A DNA stretch of 64,000 bases from an uncultured Fibrobacteria bacterium (GCA_963716395.1 OY970309.1:1024001-1088000); one strand, 5' to 3'; positions 36,371 to 45,980 are shown, counted from the first letter of the stretch. Made by a program: numbers and translations. Notes: a model not told the origin generated them from the sequence alone.

Positions 36371-39069
36371 TGGCCTTGCATAAGGACTTCCCCTTTTCAC
36401 CTCATGCCATTTTAGATCCGGCCATTCGCTGGTTTCCGGCGGACGAGGCCTTGCGCGAGTCCAGCATGGAAAAACTCATGCCGCCTTTGGTGCCGGAATT
36501 GCGCAAGCTGGTGAAGGCATGGCGCGACGGCGGTTATGCCGGGGCCACGGAAACAAGCAGAAGCCTGCTCAATTGGTGGTTCACGACTCCGCATTTGTTG
36601 CCCAAAGGCGACGGCAACATGATTGAATTCCAATATTTCTTTGCCCAACGCGAAGCCTTGGAAACCATCGTCTATCTGTACGACGTGGTGGGAGTGAAGG
36701 ACAAATTCGACCTGATGCGCTTCGATAGCTCCGGCGCTGTGTCGGCGGGGATGTTCGACGAAACGTGGCGACGCTTCGTGGTTAAAATGGCGACCGGCGC
36801 GGGTAAGACCAAGGTGTTGAGTCTGGCCCTGGCCTGGAGTTTTTACCACAAGCTCTACGAGCCGGAATCGCAACTATCGCGGAACTTTCTGGTAATCGCT
36901 CCCAACATCATCGTCCTGGATCGCATTTACAAGGATTTCCAGGGCCTTCGCATTTTCTTTGACGACCCCATCATTCCCGACGACGGCTTTGACGGGCGAA
37001 ATTGGCGCGACGATTTCCAATTGACCTTGCATGTCCAGGACGAAGTCAGAATCACGCGCCCCACCGGCAATATCTTTCTGACCAACATCCACCGCGTTTA
37101 TGCCGGAGACGACATTCCCGCTTCGCCCGATGATGAAGACACGATGGATTATTTTCTTGGGTAAAAGGCCCACCGGCGCGACCACCGATTCCAAAGTGGA
37201 TTTGGGGATGATCGTGCGCGACATCGAAGAGCTAATGGTTCTCAACGACGAAGCGCACCATATTCACGATCCGCGCATGGCTTGGTTCAAATCCATTGAA
37301 GACATCCATAACCGGCTAAAGCAAAAAGGATCGGCGCTGTCTTTGCAAGTGGACGTGACCGCCACGCCCAAGCACAACAACGGCGCTATTTTCGTGCAAA
37401 CCGTGGCCGATTACCCTCTGGTGGAAGCCATTTGGCAAAACGTGGTTAAACATCCGGTCTTGCCCGATGCACCCAGCCGCGCCAAGTTGATCGAGCGTCA
37501 GAGCGCCAAATACACCGAAAAATATGCGGACTACATTAACCTTGGCGTGATCGAATGGCGCAAAGCCTATGCCGAACACGAAAAGCTGGGAAAGAAAGCC
37601 ATTCTGTTCGTGATGACGGACGATACCCGCAACTGCGACGACGTGGCCGAATATCTGGAAGGCAACTATCCCGATTTGAAAGGCGCGGTGCTGGTCATTC
37701 ACACCAAGAAGAACGGTGAGATTTCCGAATCCACTTCGGGCAAGGACAAGGAAGAGTTACAGAAATTGCGCGACCAAGCCAATGCAATCGACGGTTTGGA
37801 CAGCCCCTACAAGGCCATTATTTCCGTGATGATGCTCAAAGAGGGTTGGGACGTTCGCAACGTCACCACCATCGTCGGCCTTCGCGCCTATGCCGCCAAA
37901 AGCAATATCCTACCGGAGCAAACTTTGGGGCGCGGCCTGCGCAAAATGTATCCCGGCGGAGTGGAAGAATATGTCAGCGTGGTCGGCACGCAATGCCTTC
38001 ATGGATTTCGTGGAATCCATAAAGGCCGAAGGCGTGGAATTGGAGCAAAAGCCGATGGGCGAAGGCACCAAGCCGAAAACCCCGCTTGTGGTTGAAGTTG
38101 ACAAGGAAAACGAGAAAAAAGACATCGACGGCCTTGGACATCGAAATCCCGGTTCTGACACCGCGCGTTTATCGGGAATACAAGAACCTGACCGATCTGA
38201 ACACCGACGCATTAAATCACGTCAAGGTCGCCTACCGGCAATTCAGCGAAGAAGAACAGCGGGAGATCGTTTTCAAGGACATCACCACCGGCGAAGTGAC
38301 GCATACCACGATTCTTGAAACGGCGGGCATTGCCGATTATCGCAGCGTGATCGGCTATTTCACGCAAACCATCATGAAGGATTTGCGCTTGGTCAGCGGC
38401 TATGACGTTCTCTACGGCAAGGTCAAAGCGTTTGTGCAAGACGAGCTATTTGATCGCGCCGTGGAATTGGAAAGCCCGAACACCTTGCGCAACCTTTCGG
38501 AATTGGCCGCCACAAAAACTTTGATTGAGACTTTCAAAAAAGCGATCAACGCTCTAACCGTGCAGGACAAAGGCGACGCCGAAATCCGCGACACCATCAA
38601 GCTACGACAGACGCGGCCTTTTGTGGTCAAAGATCAGGGCTACCTAATCCCGAAAAAGAGCGTCTTCAATCGCATCATTGGAGACAGCCATTTTGAATTG
38701 CTTTTTCCAAGTTTCCTGGAAGCGTGCGACGACGTGGTCTCCTATGCCAAGAATTATTTTGCCGTGAATTTCAAGCTGGACTACGTGAACGCAGATGGCG
38801 ACATCTCCAACTATTACCCGGATTTTCTGGTCAAGCTGGCCGACAAGCGGATTTTCATCGTCGAAACCAAAGGTCAGGAAGACCTAGACGTGCCGCAAAA
38901 AATGGAGCGGCTTCGGCAATGGTGCGAAGACATTAACCGGGTACAGAAAAACGTGAAATACGACTTTGTTTACGTGGACCAAGAGAGCTTTGAGAGATAC
39001 AAGCCGGGGTCGTTCCTGCAATTGGTTGAGGGGTTTCGGGAGTACAAAGTGGAAGGGGAAGGGGAATAA
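36370..39069 (+). pseudogene. Type III RM-like restriction subunit (Res; SF2 helicase plus PD-(D/E)xK), frameshifted near 37160, 37990 and 38130
   Basis: MATGAGKT, DEAHH, EGWD, EQTLGRGLR, YYPDF...VETK in successive frames. Confidence 0.88.
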
Positions 39070-39120
39070 GATTGGAATGAGAAATAATTCAAGCCTCGGT
39101 ATAACATGGCCGCTTAAACG

Positions 39121-39151
39121 GTCCATGTTAAAGGCGGCCTTTAACATGGAC
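39121..39151. promoter_or_regulatory. 14-bp perfect inverted repeat upstream of fic (probable operator)
   Basis: GTCCATGTTAAAGG-CGG-CCTTTAACATGGAC; extra TAACATG copies at 39102 and 39183. Confidence 0.6.
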
Positions 39152-39186
39152 AAAGCGCGCATGACTTATGGAAGGTCGGCTATAAC

Positions 39187-40389
39187 ATGAAAACCCCACA
39201 GGTTTTCAAAACGTCGGGGCGGGCCGGGCAATATCTCGCACAACCCACAGGGTATCGGGCCTTTATCCCTGCGCCGTTACCGCCGAATCCGTCGCTAAAA
39301 CTGGAAGGCGCATTTCAAACCATGCTTTCGGATGCAAGCCTGGCTTTAGGCCGCCTGGACGGTTCAGTATTGACCCTCCCCCATCCCGACCTATTCGTGT
39401 TCATGTATGTGCGCAAGGAGGCCGTGCTCTCTAGTCAAATCGAAGGCACCCAAAGTTCGCTGCAAGACCTACTGGCCGCTGAGGCGCGCATTTTGTCGCC
39501 GGATCGTCCCAGTGATGTGCGGGAAGTGATCAACTACATCGAAGCCATGAACTACGGCTTGAATCGGCTGAAGGATCTACCGGTTTCAGTACGCATGATT
39601 AAGGAAATCCACGAAAAGCTCCTTCGGGGCGTTCGTGGTGGCCGGCTTACTCCCGGTGAATTACGGAGTAGCCAGAATTGGATAGGCCCTTCCGGGTGTT
39701 CCCTCAATGAAGCGACCTTCGTCCCTCCTCCCCCCGATCAGTTGCCGAATGTCTTGGGTGAACTGGAAAAGTTCATACACAGCCGGGAGGATATGCCGTT
39801 ACTTATCAAGGTGGGATTAGCCCACGCTCAATTTGAGACCATTCATCCTTTTCTGGACGGCAATGGTAGAGTGGGTCGTCTGCTCATTAGCTTTTTGCTA
39901 TGCGAGCGAGGAGTGTTGCACAAGCCCGTCCTTTACCTGTCACATTATCTCAAGCGTCACAGGCAAGAATACTACGATAGGCTCCAGGCGATACGCGATT
40001 CGGGAGACTGGGAAGGGTGGCTTGAATTTTTTTTGAAGGGAATCATCGAAGTCAGCAAGCAAGCTACCGAAACCGCACGGAGCATTCTGAGATTACGCGA
40101 AAATCTGCGCGATAGCATTACCCGGAATCTTGGCGGAGTTGCCGGCAATGGTCTCAAGGTGCTAGAACACCTTTTCCGGCACCCGATAATAAGCGTCAAT
40201 GAGGTAAAGACGTTGACCGGTACAACATTCGCCGCGGCTAACCAATTGGTGCAACGGTTAGTAGAGTACCGGGTCATTCGGGAGATGACTGGACAAGCGC
40301 GGCATCGCCGTTTCCAATTCGACGATTATGTGGCCCTATTTATCGATGAAACAGGTGGAGGAGCGAGAGCATTGCAAGCGACGGAATAG
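39187..40389 (+). CDS. Fic-family protein (class II, probable C-terminal HTH)
   Basis: HPFLDGNGRVGR catalytic motif; SSQIEG inhibitory motif. Confidence 0.93.
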   Translation: MKTPQVFKTSGRAGQYLAQPTGYRAFIPAPLPPNPSLKLEGAFQTMLSDASLALGRLDGSVLTLPHPDLFVFMYVRKEAVLSSQIEGTQSSLQDLLAAEARILSPDRPSDVREVINYIEAMNYGLNRLKDLPVSVRMIKEIHEKLLRGVRGGRLTPGELRSSQNWIGPSGCSLNEATFVPPPPDQLPNVLGELEKFIHSREDMPLLIKVGLAHAQFETIHPFLDGNGRVGRLLISFLLCERGVLHKPVLYLSHYLKRHRQEYYDRLQAIRDSGDWEGWLEFFLKGIIEVSKQATETARSILRLRENLRDSITRNLGGVAGNGLKVLEHLFRHPIISVNEVKTLTGTTFAAANQLVQRLVEYRVIREMTGQARHRRFQFDDYVALFIDETGGGARALQATE

Positions 40390-40439
40390 TTCAAGGCTCG
40401 TTCCCCAAGTATTAAAAGTCGTATTTGATGTGGCCAATC

Positions 40440-41060
40440 TCAAAAGAAAATCTCGTTTGCAAGTTCGCCAAACTTCATCCTCATCGCTTGAATGGATCGG
40501 CCCGCAAAGTCATTGTGTTTGTCGATTAACCGCTCGAAAGTTTTCCAACGCATCCACTTTGGCTTATTACCGGGAGGGTTCACCATTCCCGGCTCCCAAC
40601 CTAAACGCGTTCGGATTTTGTCCGCCTGGTTTGATAAACGATCCCAAGCTCCTTGGCGCGAACTGAGATAGGTCAGACGATAGCAATGGCGACAGGCGAA
40701 ATACTTGTCGCCCAAATGGAGAATTGCCACACGCCGACCACAGCCTACAATCGGGCACCGAAACCAAACCCGATGGCCGCCGTAAGTGCCCCGTGTAGTG
40801 TCCAGGGTGATCGGTTCCTCGATGCTTTCCCATTCACCCCCGCCTTGGCGGATACGGTAGATTAACGTCACTTTTCCTTCTTCAGTTTTGACCTGAATAT
40901 CCGCCACTTTCTTGCCGTCCACGGTCCATTGCCATCCAAACCAATTAAAGGACGTAAGGTAACCCTCCCGTTGCCAGCGGCGCACGTCTATACGACGGCA
41001 AGACTCAACGGTATTGCGAGCGCCATAGTGCCAGTAATTTCCGCTACCTAGTCCGCCCAT
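40440..41060 (-). CDS. Conserved mobile-element hypothetical protein with zinc ribbon
   Basis: MGGLGSG start, WFRCP..CGRR, FACRHC, KPKWMRWKTF motifs. Confidence 0.75.
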   Translation of the reverse strand: MGGLGSGNYWHYGARNTVESCRRIDVRRWQREGYLTSFNWFGWQWTVDGKKVADIQVKTEEGKVTLIYRIRQGGGEWESIEEPITLDTTRGTYGGHRVWFRCPIVGCGRRVAILHLGDKYFACRHCYRLTYLSSRQGAWDRLSNQADKIRTRLGWEPGMVNPPGNKPKWMRWKTFERLIDKHNDFAGRSIQAMRMKFGELANEIFF

Positions 41061-41322
41061 AAGATTTTGCCGCAATTATTTGGTTAACTGCTATTTCGGG
41101 AACCAGTTCTTTTTTAAGACTGGCTAAATCCCAAAGCGATAGCCAAAGTTCACCCTTGAAAGGTTTGGAAACACTCCCGTTTAAGTGTCCAGTTCCTGCC
41201 TTGTTTCCCCTGGGATTTAGTCGGCAATGGTTGAGCCTAAACCGGGCTGGAAAGCCTGTCTCTATTGGTTTAGCCGCTACCGAAGACCTGCCCAAGGCAC
41301 CCGGTGAAACGGTTGTTTTTGG

Positions 41323-41341
41323 GTGTCCACAAAGCGTCCAC
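41323..41341. promoter_or_regulatory. Putative integrase arm-type binding sites (right)
   Basis: GTGTCCAC-AAA-GCGTCCAC. Confidence 0.7.
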
Positions 41342-41429
41342 TTTCTCGGAGTTGTGCGGGGTATTTGGGGGGTTGAAAGGCTTATCACCTTGACCCCCAA
41401 TGCCTGAATTTTCCCGGAATCTTTTCTTT

Positions 41430-41489
41430 TACGCGGTTTCGTGGTGCACCTCGAGGGATTCGAACCCCCAACCCTTGGCTTCGAAGGCC
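41430..41489. repeat. att site overlapping the 3' part of the intact tRNA
   Basis: 60/60 identity with 29955-30014. Confidence 0.96.
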
Positions 41490-41518
41490 AGTACTCTATC
41501 CAGTTGAGCTAGAGGTGC
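41442..41518 (-). tRNA. tRNA-Arg (anticodon UCG)
   Basis: Minus strand GCACCTCTAGCTCAACTGGATAGAGTACTGGCCTTCGAAGCCAAGGGTTGGGGGTTCGAATCCCTCGAGGTGCACCA. Confidence 0.95.
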
Positions 41519-41684
41519 CTGCCGGGAAAAGGTAGTCGCCTTTTGCACGGCTCTCCGCAACGGCTTTTCCGCAGTCCGCTTGTCTCCCGTTCAGATCGCA
41601 AAGCTGGAATCGTTTGCTTTTTCTTGCCCGGATACACGCAGGGGCCAAATGGAAAACCGGGCGGCCTGGTTCCATACGTTGAGA

Positions 41685-42443
41685 TTACGGGTTCTCCGTT
41701 TGGACCGATGTGGCGTTAAAGGCTTTGAAGAAATCGGCCGCCAAGCGCTGGTATAAATCCGGGTTATGTTCGAGGTCGATGACGGCCAGCGGCATTCCCG
41801 ATCGGTCCGCATAGGTTTCGGCCGTATCCAGGGATTCGCCGCGGGCCCAAGGCGTCGGGTAAAACTTGACCTGCAAATGGTACGCATCGCCCACCTGCCA
41901 CAAGTCGAGTTGATTTTGATCATAGATGAGGTTTAAGCGGTAGATATCCGGCAACTGGAAAAGAAAGCGCGTTTGTCCGGCGCCCACGTCCAAAGTTCCC
42001 TTGATGTATCCGTGATCGGCGAAGGAGGCAAAATCAACGGTGTCGGGATTCAAGGGAATGTGATCGGGGACGCGGCTTTTGAATTTCACCTGTTCCCAGG
42101 CGATGCCGGGCACTTGCAGGGGCGGCAATACCGCCGTCGTATCCTGATGGGTGAAATCCACGGGAATCCCCAGCGAATCCACGGCGCTCCACAAGGTGCC
42201 GTTGGTTTTTTCCACCGTGCGATACGTGATGACCACCACGTTTAAATAAAACTGGAGGATGCGCACCGAGTCTGCGGGCGCCGCGCGGTTCTGGGTTTTT
42301 GCCAGCGGCGGCGGGTTGGCCGTATAGTCGATGCTGAAATCCGCCGTGACTTCCTGATCCTTGCCGGGATTGCCCACCTCCGTGAAGCAGGCTGCCAGCA
42401 GGCAGGCCGTGAGAACACGGAGAATGCGTCCGGCGCGTTTCAA
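41685..42443 (-). CDS. Hypothetical lipoprotein coupled to the TIGR02147-like gene
   Basis: Lipobox LAAC followed by TEVGNP. Confidence 0.7.
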   Translation of the reverse strand: MKRAGRILRVLTACLLAACFTEVGNPGKDQEVTADFSIDYTANPPPLAKTQNRAAPADSVRILQFYLNVVVITYRTVEKTNGTLWSAVDSLGIPVDFTHQDTTAVLPPLQVPGIAWEQVKFKSRVPDHIPLNPDTVDFASFADHGYIKGTLDVGAGQTRFLFQLPDIYRLNLIYDQNQLDLWQVGDAYHLQVKFYPTPWARGESLDTAETYADRSGMPLAVIDLEHNPDLYQRLAADFFKAFNATSVQTENP

Positions 42444-42444
42444 G

Positions 42445-43320
42445 TCAAGCCTCTCCGCTCAGGGGAAAGAGTTGAATGTTCACCTGCACCACGCGCTCGC
42501 CTTCCTGATCCTTGGCGGCGAAATTCCGCAACTCCTTACGCATCAATTGAATTTGCTTTTTCAGCTTGGGAAATTCCGACTCGCGGATGGCAAACGACAC
42601 CGAGGAGATGTCCCGTTTTTCGGGGTCGACGCGATCCATGGACTCCGCGGCCAAGGTCATCATTTGCACATGGTAATTCTTGATAAACAAAGCCATGACT
42701 TCGTCGTCGGTGGTGATGGCCTCGTCCACGACCCGATACCCGTTGGCCAGGCGTCGGATCAAACCCGCGGCTTGCAAGAGTTGCAGGGATTCCCGCGCTT
42801 CCTTGGGATCGATATTCGGCAGTAAGCGGTGGGCAATCCACTCGGGTTGGCCGTTGAAATCCCGCAACGACAGCATTTCGCGAATGGCGATGTGTTGCCA
42901 TTTGCGAAACACCTCGAATTGTTCCACGGCCAATTTTTTCAGCCCCGCGGCGTGATCGGATTGAATGAGTTTTTGGTAATAAAAATTCTTTTCCTCGCGT
43001 TTCTCGCTCTGGTTGAAAAAAACCAGGTTCTCGAAATAATCGGCCCTTGCGCCCGCAAGCCCCAACACCCCGCAGAGCGGGCGCAGGGTTTTCTTGCTGA
43101 GATTGCGCTTGCCCTCCATCAGATAGCGCAGGAAGGTGTGGCTGGAAAAACCGGCCTCGCGCGCGAAGCGCCGCACCGAATATTTCGCGTCGGCCGCCTG
43201 CTTCGCCGCGTGGAAATCCACCAGATATTGCCGGTAATTGGTGTAGTTGAGGATGTCGGGAGCTTCTCCCGCGGCCATTGGCTTGCCCGCGCGGCGGGGC
43301 TTGGCATCCGATCGATTCAT
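42445..43320 (-). CDS. TIGR02147-family (DUF4423) HTH protein
   Basis: Y.NYRQYL.DF, SVRRFAREAGFSS, GKRNLS, W.H.AIRE, RDISS, QVNIQLFPL motifs. Confidence 0.85.
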   Translation of the reverse strand: MNRSDAKPRRAGKPMAAGEAPDILNYTNYRQYLVDFHAAKQAADAKYSVRRFAREAGFSSHTFLRYLMEGKRNLSKKTLRPLCGVLGLAGARADYFENLVFFNQSEKREEKNFYYQKLIQSDHAAGLKKLAVEQFEVFRKWQHIAIREMLSLRDFNGQPEWIAHRLLPNIDPKEARESLQLLQAAGLIRRLANGYRVVDEAITTDDEVMALFIKNYHVQMMTLAAESMDRVDPEKRDISSVSFAIRESEFPKLKKQIQLMRKELRNFAAKDQEGERVVQVNIQLFPLSGEA

Positions 43321-43401
43321 GGTAAGGCTAAGAATACAGATGGCCGCCCCGGATCACCCCGGATTTTCCTTGGCCATGGAAACAAAAGAGCCCAATGACC
43401 C

Positions 43402-44361
43402 TTAATTGTGTTTGATCACTCTCTTCCCAAATCCTCCCCCGGCTTCGAAGGATCGGTGGGCAGAGGCGATGTCTTTCATGGCAAAGACGCCATCCACAAC
43501 CGGAACCACGGCCTTTGCTTCAACCAGTCGGGTTAATGATGAGAGCACTTCATGGTTGGGGGGACTGGATAAAAAGCGAACCCGTCGCTTTCCAAAAACA
43601 ATGGATGCCAATAAATAAGCGGCCTCGCCCCATCCTCCCACGGTCATCACCACCATACGACCGCCGGGGGACAGCAACTTGTGGTACGCCCTGATATTCT
43701 TCGCGACCGGGTCCATCACCACATCGAACCGGCCCAAATCACTTGGATCGGTGGTACGGTAGTCAAAGGCTTCGTCTGCCCCGAGATCGCGCACGCGATC
43801 AAGGTGCTCGGCACGCACCAAAGTGGTTATGCGGGCTCCCAGGGAATGCGCGATTTGGATCGCGGCCGTTCCAACCCCGCCCGCACCGCCACGGATGAGG
43901 ATTTTTTCTCCGGTCTTAAGATGAGCACCATCCCGAAGAGCGCCAAGAGCGGCACCTCCAACACCCGGTAAGGCTGCGGCATCCACCGCATCCATACCTT
44001 GCGGACGCAAAGCAACACCCTTGGCGGGAACAAGGGCGTACTCCGCGGTCGCACCGATTTTGATATTCCGAGTCGGTTTTAGAAATCCCCAAACCGCGTC
44101 CCCGATTTTGCAGTTTGTGACGCCTTTCCCGACTCCAACCACCTCGCCGGTAAAATCGAAACCCGCCCCCCGAGGGAATGAGTTTCCGGAGAGAAGCTTC
44201 AGTTTTCCACTGCGGAACAAGACGTCCGCGGCGTTTACACTGCTGGCCTCGACCCGGATTAATACCTGTCCTGTTTGCAGGTCGGGTATGGGAATCGGCC
44301 GAATTTGCAGGACTTCAGGAGGACCATAAGCATCGTACTGAACCGCTCGCATCTCACGCAT
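43402..44361 (-). CDS. MDR-family NAD(P)-dependent oxidoreductase (quinone reductase-like)
   Basis: YGPPEVL, SVNAAD, GGAGGVG, GKRVI motifs. Confidence 0.9.
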   Translation of the reverse strand: MREMRAVQYDAYGPPEVLQIRPIPIPDLQTGQVLIRVEASSVNAADVLFRSGKLKLLSGNSFPRGAGFDFTGEVVGVGKGVTNCKIGDAVWGFLKPTRNIKIGATAEYALVPAKGVALRPQGMDAVDAAALPGVGGAALGALRDGAHLKTGEKILIRGGAGGVGTAAIQIAHSLGARITTLVRAEHLDRVRDLGADEAFDYRTTDPSDLGRFDVVMDPVAKNIRAYHKLLSPGGRMVVMTVGGWGEAAYLLASIVFGKRRVRFLSSPPNHEVLSSLTRLVEAKAVVPVVDGVFAMKDIASAHRSFEAGGGFGKRVIKHN

Positions 44362-44415
44362 AAGACTTTCCCCGAAAGATGTGAACTCTCCGGTTAAATC
44401 TGAACGAACCACGCC

Positions 44416-45150
44416 TCAAAGTTGCGCCAAACCGCCATCAACAAATATTTCCGCTCCGGTTATGAAACTCGCATCATCGGAGGCAAGAAAAAGCGCCGTG
44501 GTTCCGATTTCGTTTGGATTTCCCAGCCTCTTCATGGGGACGAAGGCTGCGAACTTTTCCCGCATTTCCGGTGGGACATTTTCAAAAACAGCGGTGTGAA
44601 TCGGACCCGGGCTGATCGTATTCACACGGATGTTTCGGCCAACCAACTCCGCCGCCCACGTCCGCCCCAAGGCGCGAATGGCCGCCTTGCTGGCCGAATA
44701 AACGCTCATTCCCACCAGCCCCTTCGAGCCGGCGATCGACCCCGTTAACAGGATCGATCCGCCATCACGGAGCAACGGGTAGGCTTTTTGAACGGTCAGG
44801 ATGGTTCCCACGACATTCAAATCGAAAGTTTTGCGAATGTGCTCTTCGGTGATTTTTTCTAAGGGAACATTGAGTTCACCCATTCCCGCACTGACGAAGA
44901 GGATATCGATGCGGCCTTTGCGGGATTTCACTTGTTGAAAAAGGTGGTCCAGGTCAGTTGGAATTGACGAATCCGCCTGAATACCAAACGCGTTTTCACC
45001 CAAGTCATTTTTGGCCTTTTCCAATTTCTGTTGATCCCTCCCGGTAATGAAGACATAGGCGCCTTCGCTCACAAACTTCTTGGCGCTGGCTAAAGCCAAC
45101 CCATAGGTCCCTCCGGTGACAACCGCAATTTTTCCATCCAGCTTACCCAT
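44416..45150 (-). CDS. Short-chain dehydrogenase/reductase
   Basis: TGGTYGLA, YSASK, IRVNTISPGPI, VDGG motifs. Confidence 0.92.
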   Translation of the reverse strand: MGKLDGKIAVVTGGTYGLALASAKKFVSEGAYVFITGRDQQKLEKAKNDLGENAFGIQADSSIPTDLDHLFQQVKSRKGRIDILFVSAGMGELNVPLEKITEEHIRKTFDLNVVGTILTVQKAYPLLRDGGSILLTGSIAGSKGLVGMSVYSASKAAIRALGRTWAAELVGRNIRVNTISPGPIHTAVFENVPPEMREKFAAFVPMKRLGNPNEIGTTALFLASDDASFITGAEIFVDGGLAQL

Positions 45151-45174
45151 GGTATTCCTCCTTATTTTATTTCT

Positions 45175-45344
45175 TACCTATCGGTACATATTTAGACCCA
45201 AAAAATACGCTGCCGGCAATGCCAAAAATTTCCAGGGGAAAAAGTTTGGCTTCCGGCCGGAACGAGAGACACATTTCTGTACCCATCGGTACTTATATAG
45301 GCAATTGAATTTAGCGTGTCAAGGGGTTATTGTATCTATCGGTA
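45175..45344. promoter_or_regulatory. Three TetR operator palindromes and a leftward sigma70-like promoter
   Basis: TACCTATCGGTA (45175), TACCCATCGGTA (45280), TATCTATCGGTA (45333); minus-strand TTGACA (45322)-17 nt-TATATA. Confidence 0.75.
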
Positions 45345-45368
45345 AGTAAATGCGCATTGGTGTAAATC

Positions 45369-45980
45369 ATGGGTAAAAAGCCGGTTTTAAAGCAACCACG
45401 GGGACGGCCAAGAGCATTTTCAACCGCAGAGGCTCTGGATGCTGCCATGCGGGTATTCTCCCATAAGGGTTATGAAATGACTTCCCTTGCGGATCTTACC
45501 GAGGCCATGGGAATCAACAGAACCAGCATGTATGCGGCTTTTGGCAATAAGGAATCGTTGTTTCGTCTCGCCCTCGAACATTACACCAAAATCCATGAAA
45601 AACAATTTGCAGATACTTTGGCCGCAGGCACGGCGCGTCAAGGTCTGGAACAAATTTTACGGAATGGGGTGATGATGCTGACGGACCCTAAAAGTCCCGG
45701 GGCCTGCTTCATGACGCAAAGCCCTTTGGAAAGCCCGGAAACGAGTTCATTCACACAAAAATTTTGCACGGAAAAGCGCAACGTCGCGGTCAAACTTTTA
45801 AAAGCCCGTTTTATTCGCGCCCAAGAAGAAGGAGAACTTCTCCCTGGCACTTCCCCCGAAGACCTGGCGGAGTATTATTTCATCATTATTTTAGGTATGG
45901 CTTTGCAAATCCAACATGGCGGCAGTCGGGCGCAATTACTTCGCCTGGTCGAAATAGCCTTGGCCCAATGGCCCGAATAA
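45369..45980 (+). CDS. TetR/AcrR-family regulator (NemR/ComR-like)
   Basis: RGRPRAF, GYEMTS..DL..AMGI...SMYAAFGNKESLF; divergent from the SDR/MDR operon. Confidence 0.93.
   Translation: MGKKPVLKQPRGRPRAFSTAEALDAAMRVFSHKGYEMTSLADLTEAMGINRTSMYAAFGNKESLFRLALEHYTKIHEKQFADTLAAGTARQGLEQILRNGVMMLTDPKSPGACFMTQSPLESPETSSFTQKFCTEKRNVAVKLLKARFIRAQEEGELLPGTSPEDLAEYYFIIILGMALQIQHGGSRAQLLRLVEIALAQWPE

Larger units (their letters stand above)
29955..41489. mobile_element. 11.5 kb integrative element (satellite/IME-like) inserted in tRNA-Arg(UCG)
   Basis: Perfect 60-bp direct repeats at both ends, tyrosine integrase and excisionase, more AT-rich than the backbone, defence-type cargo. Confidence 0.93.

Noticed and set aside
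41044-41407. Small ORFs on both strands next to the tRNA
   Set aside because: No motifs; the region is better explained as att arm sites and structured RNA.
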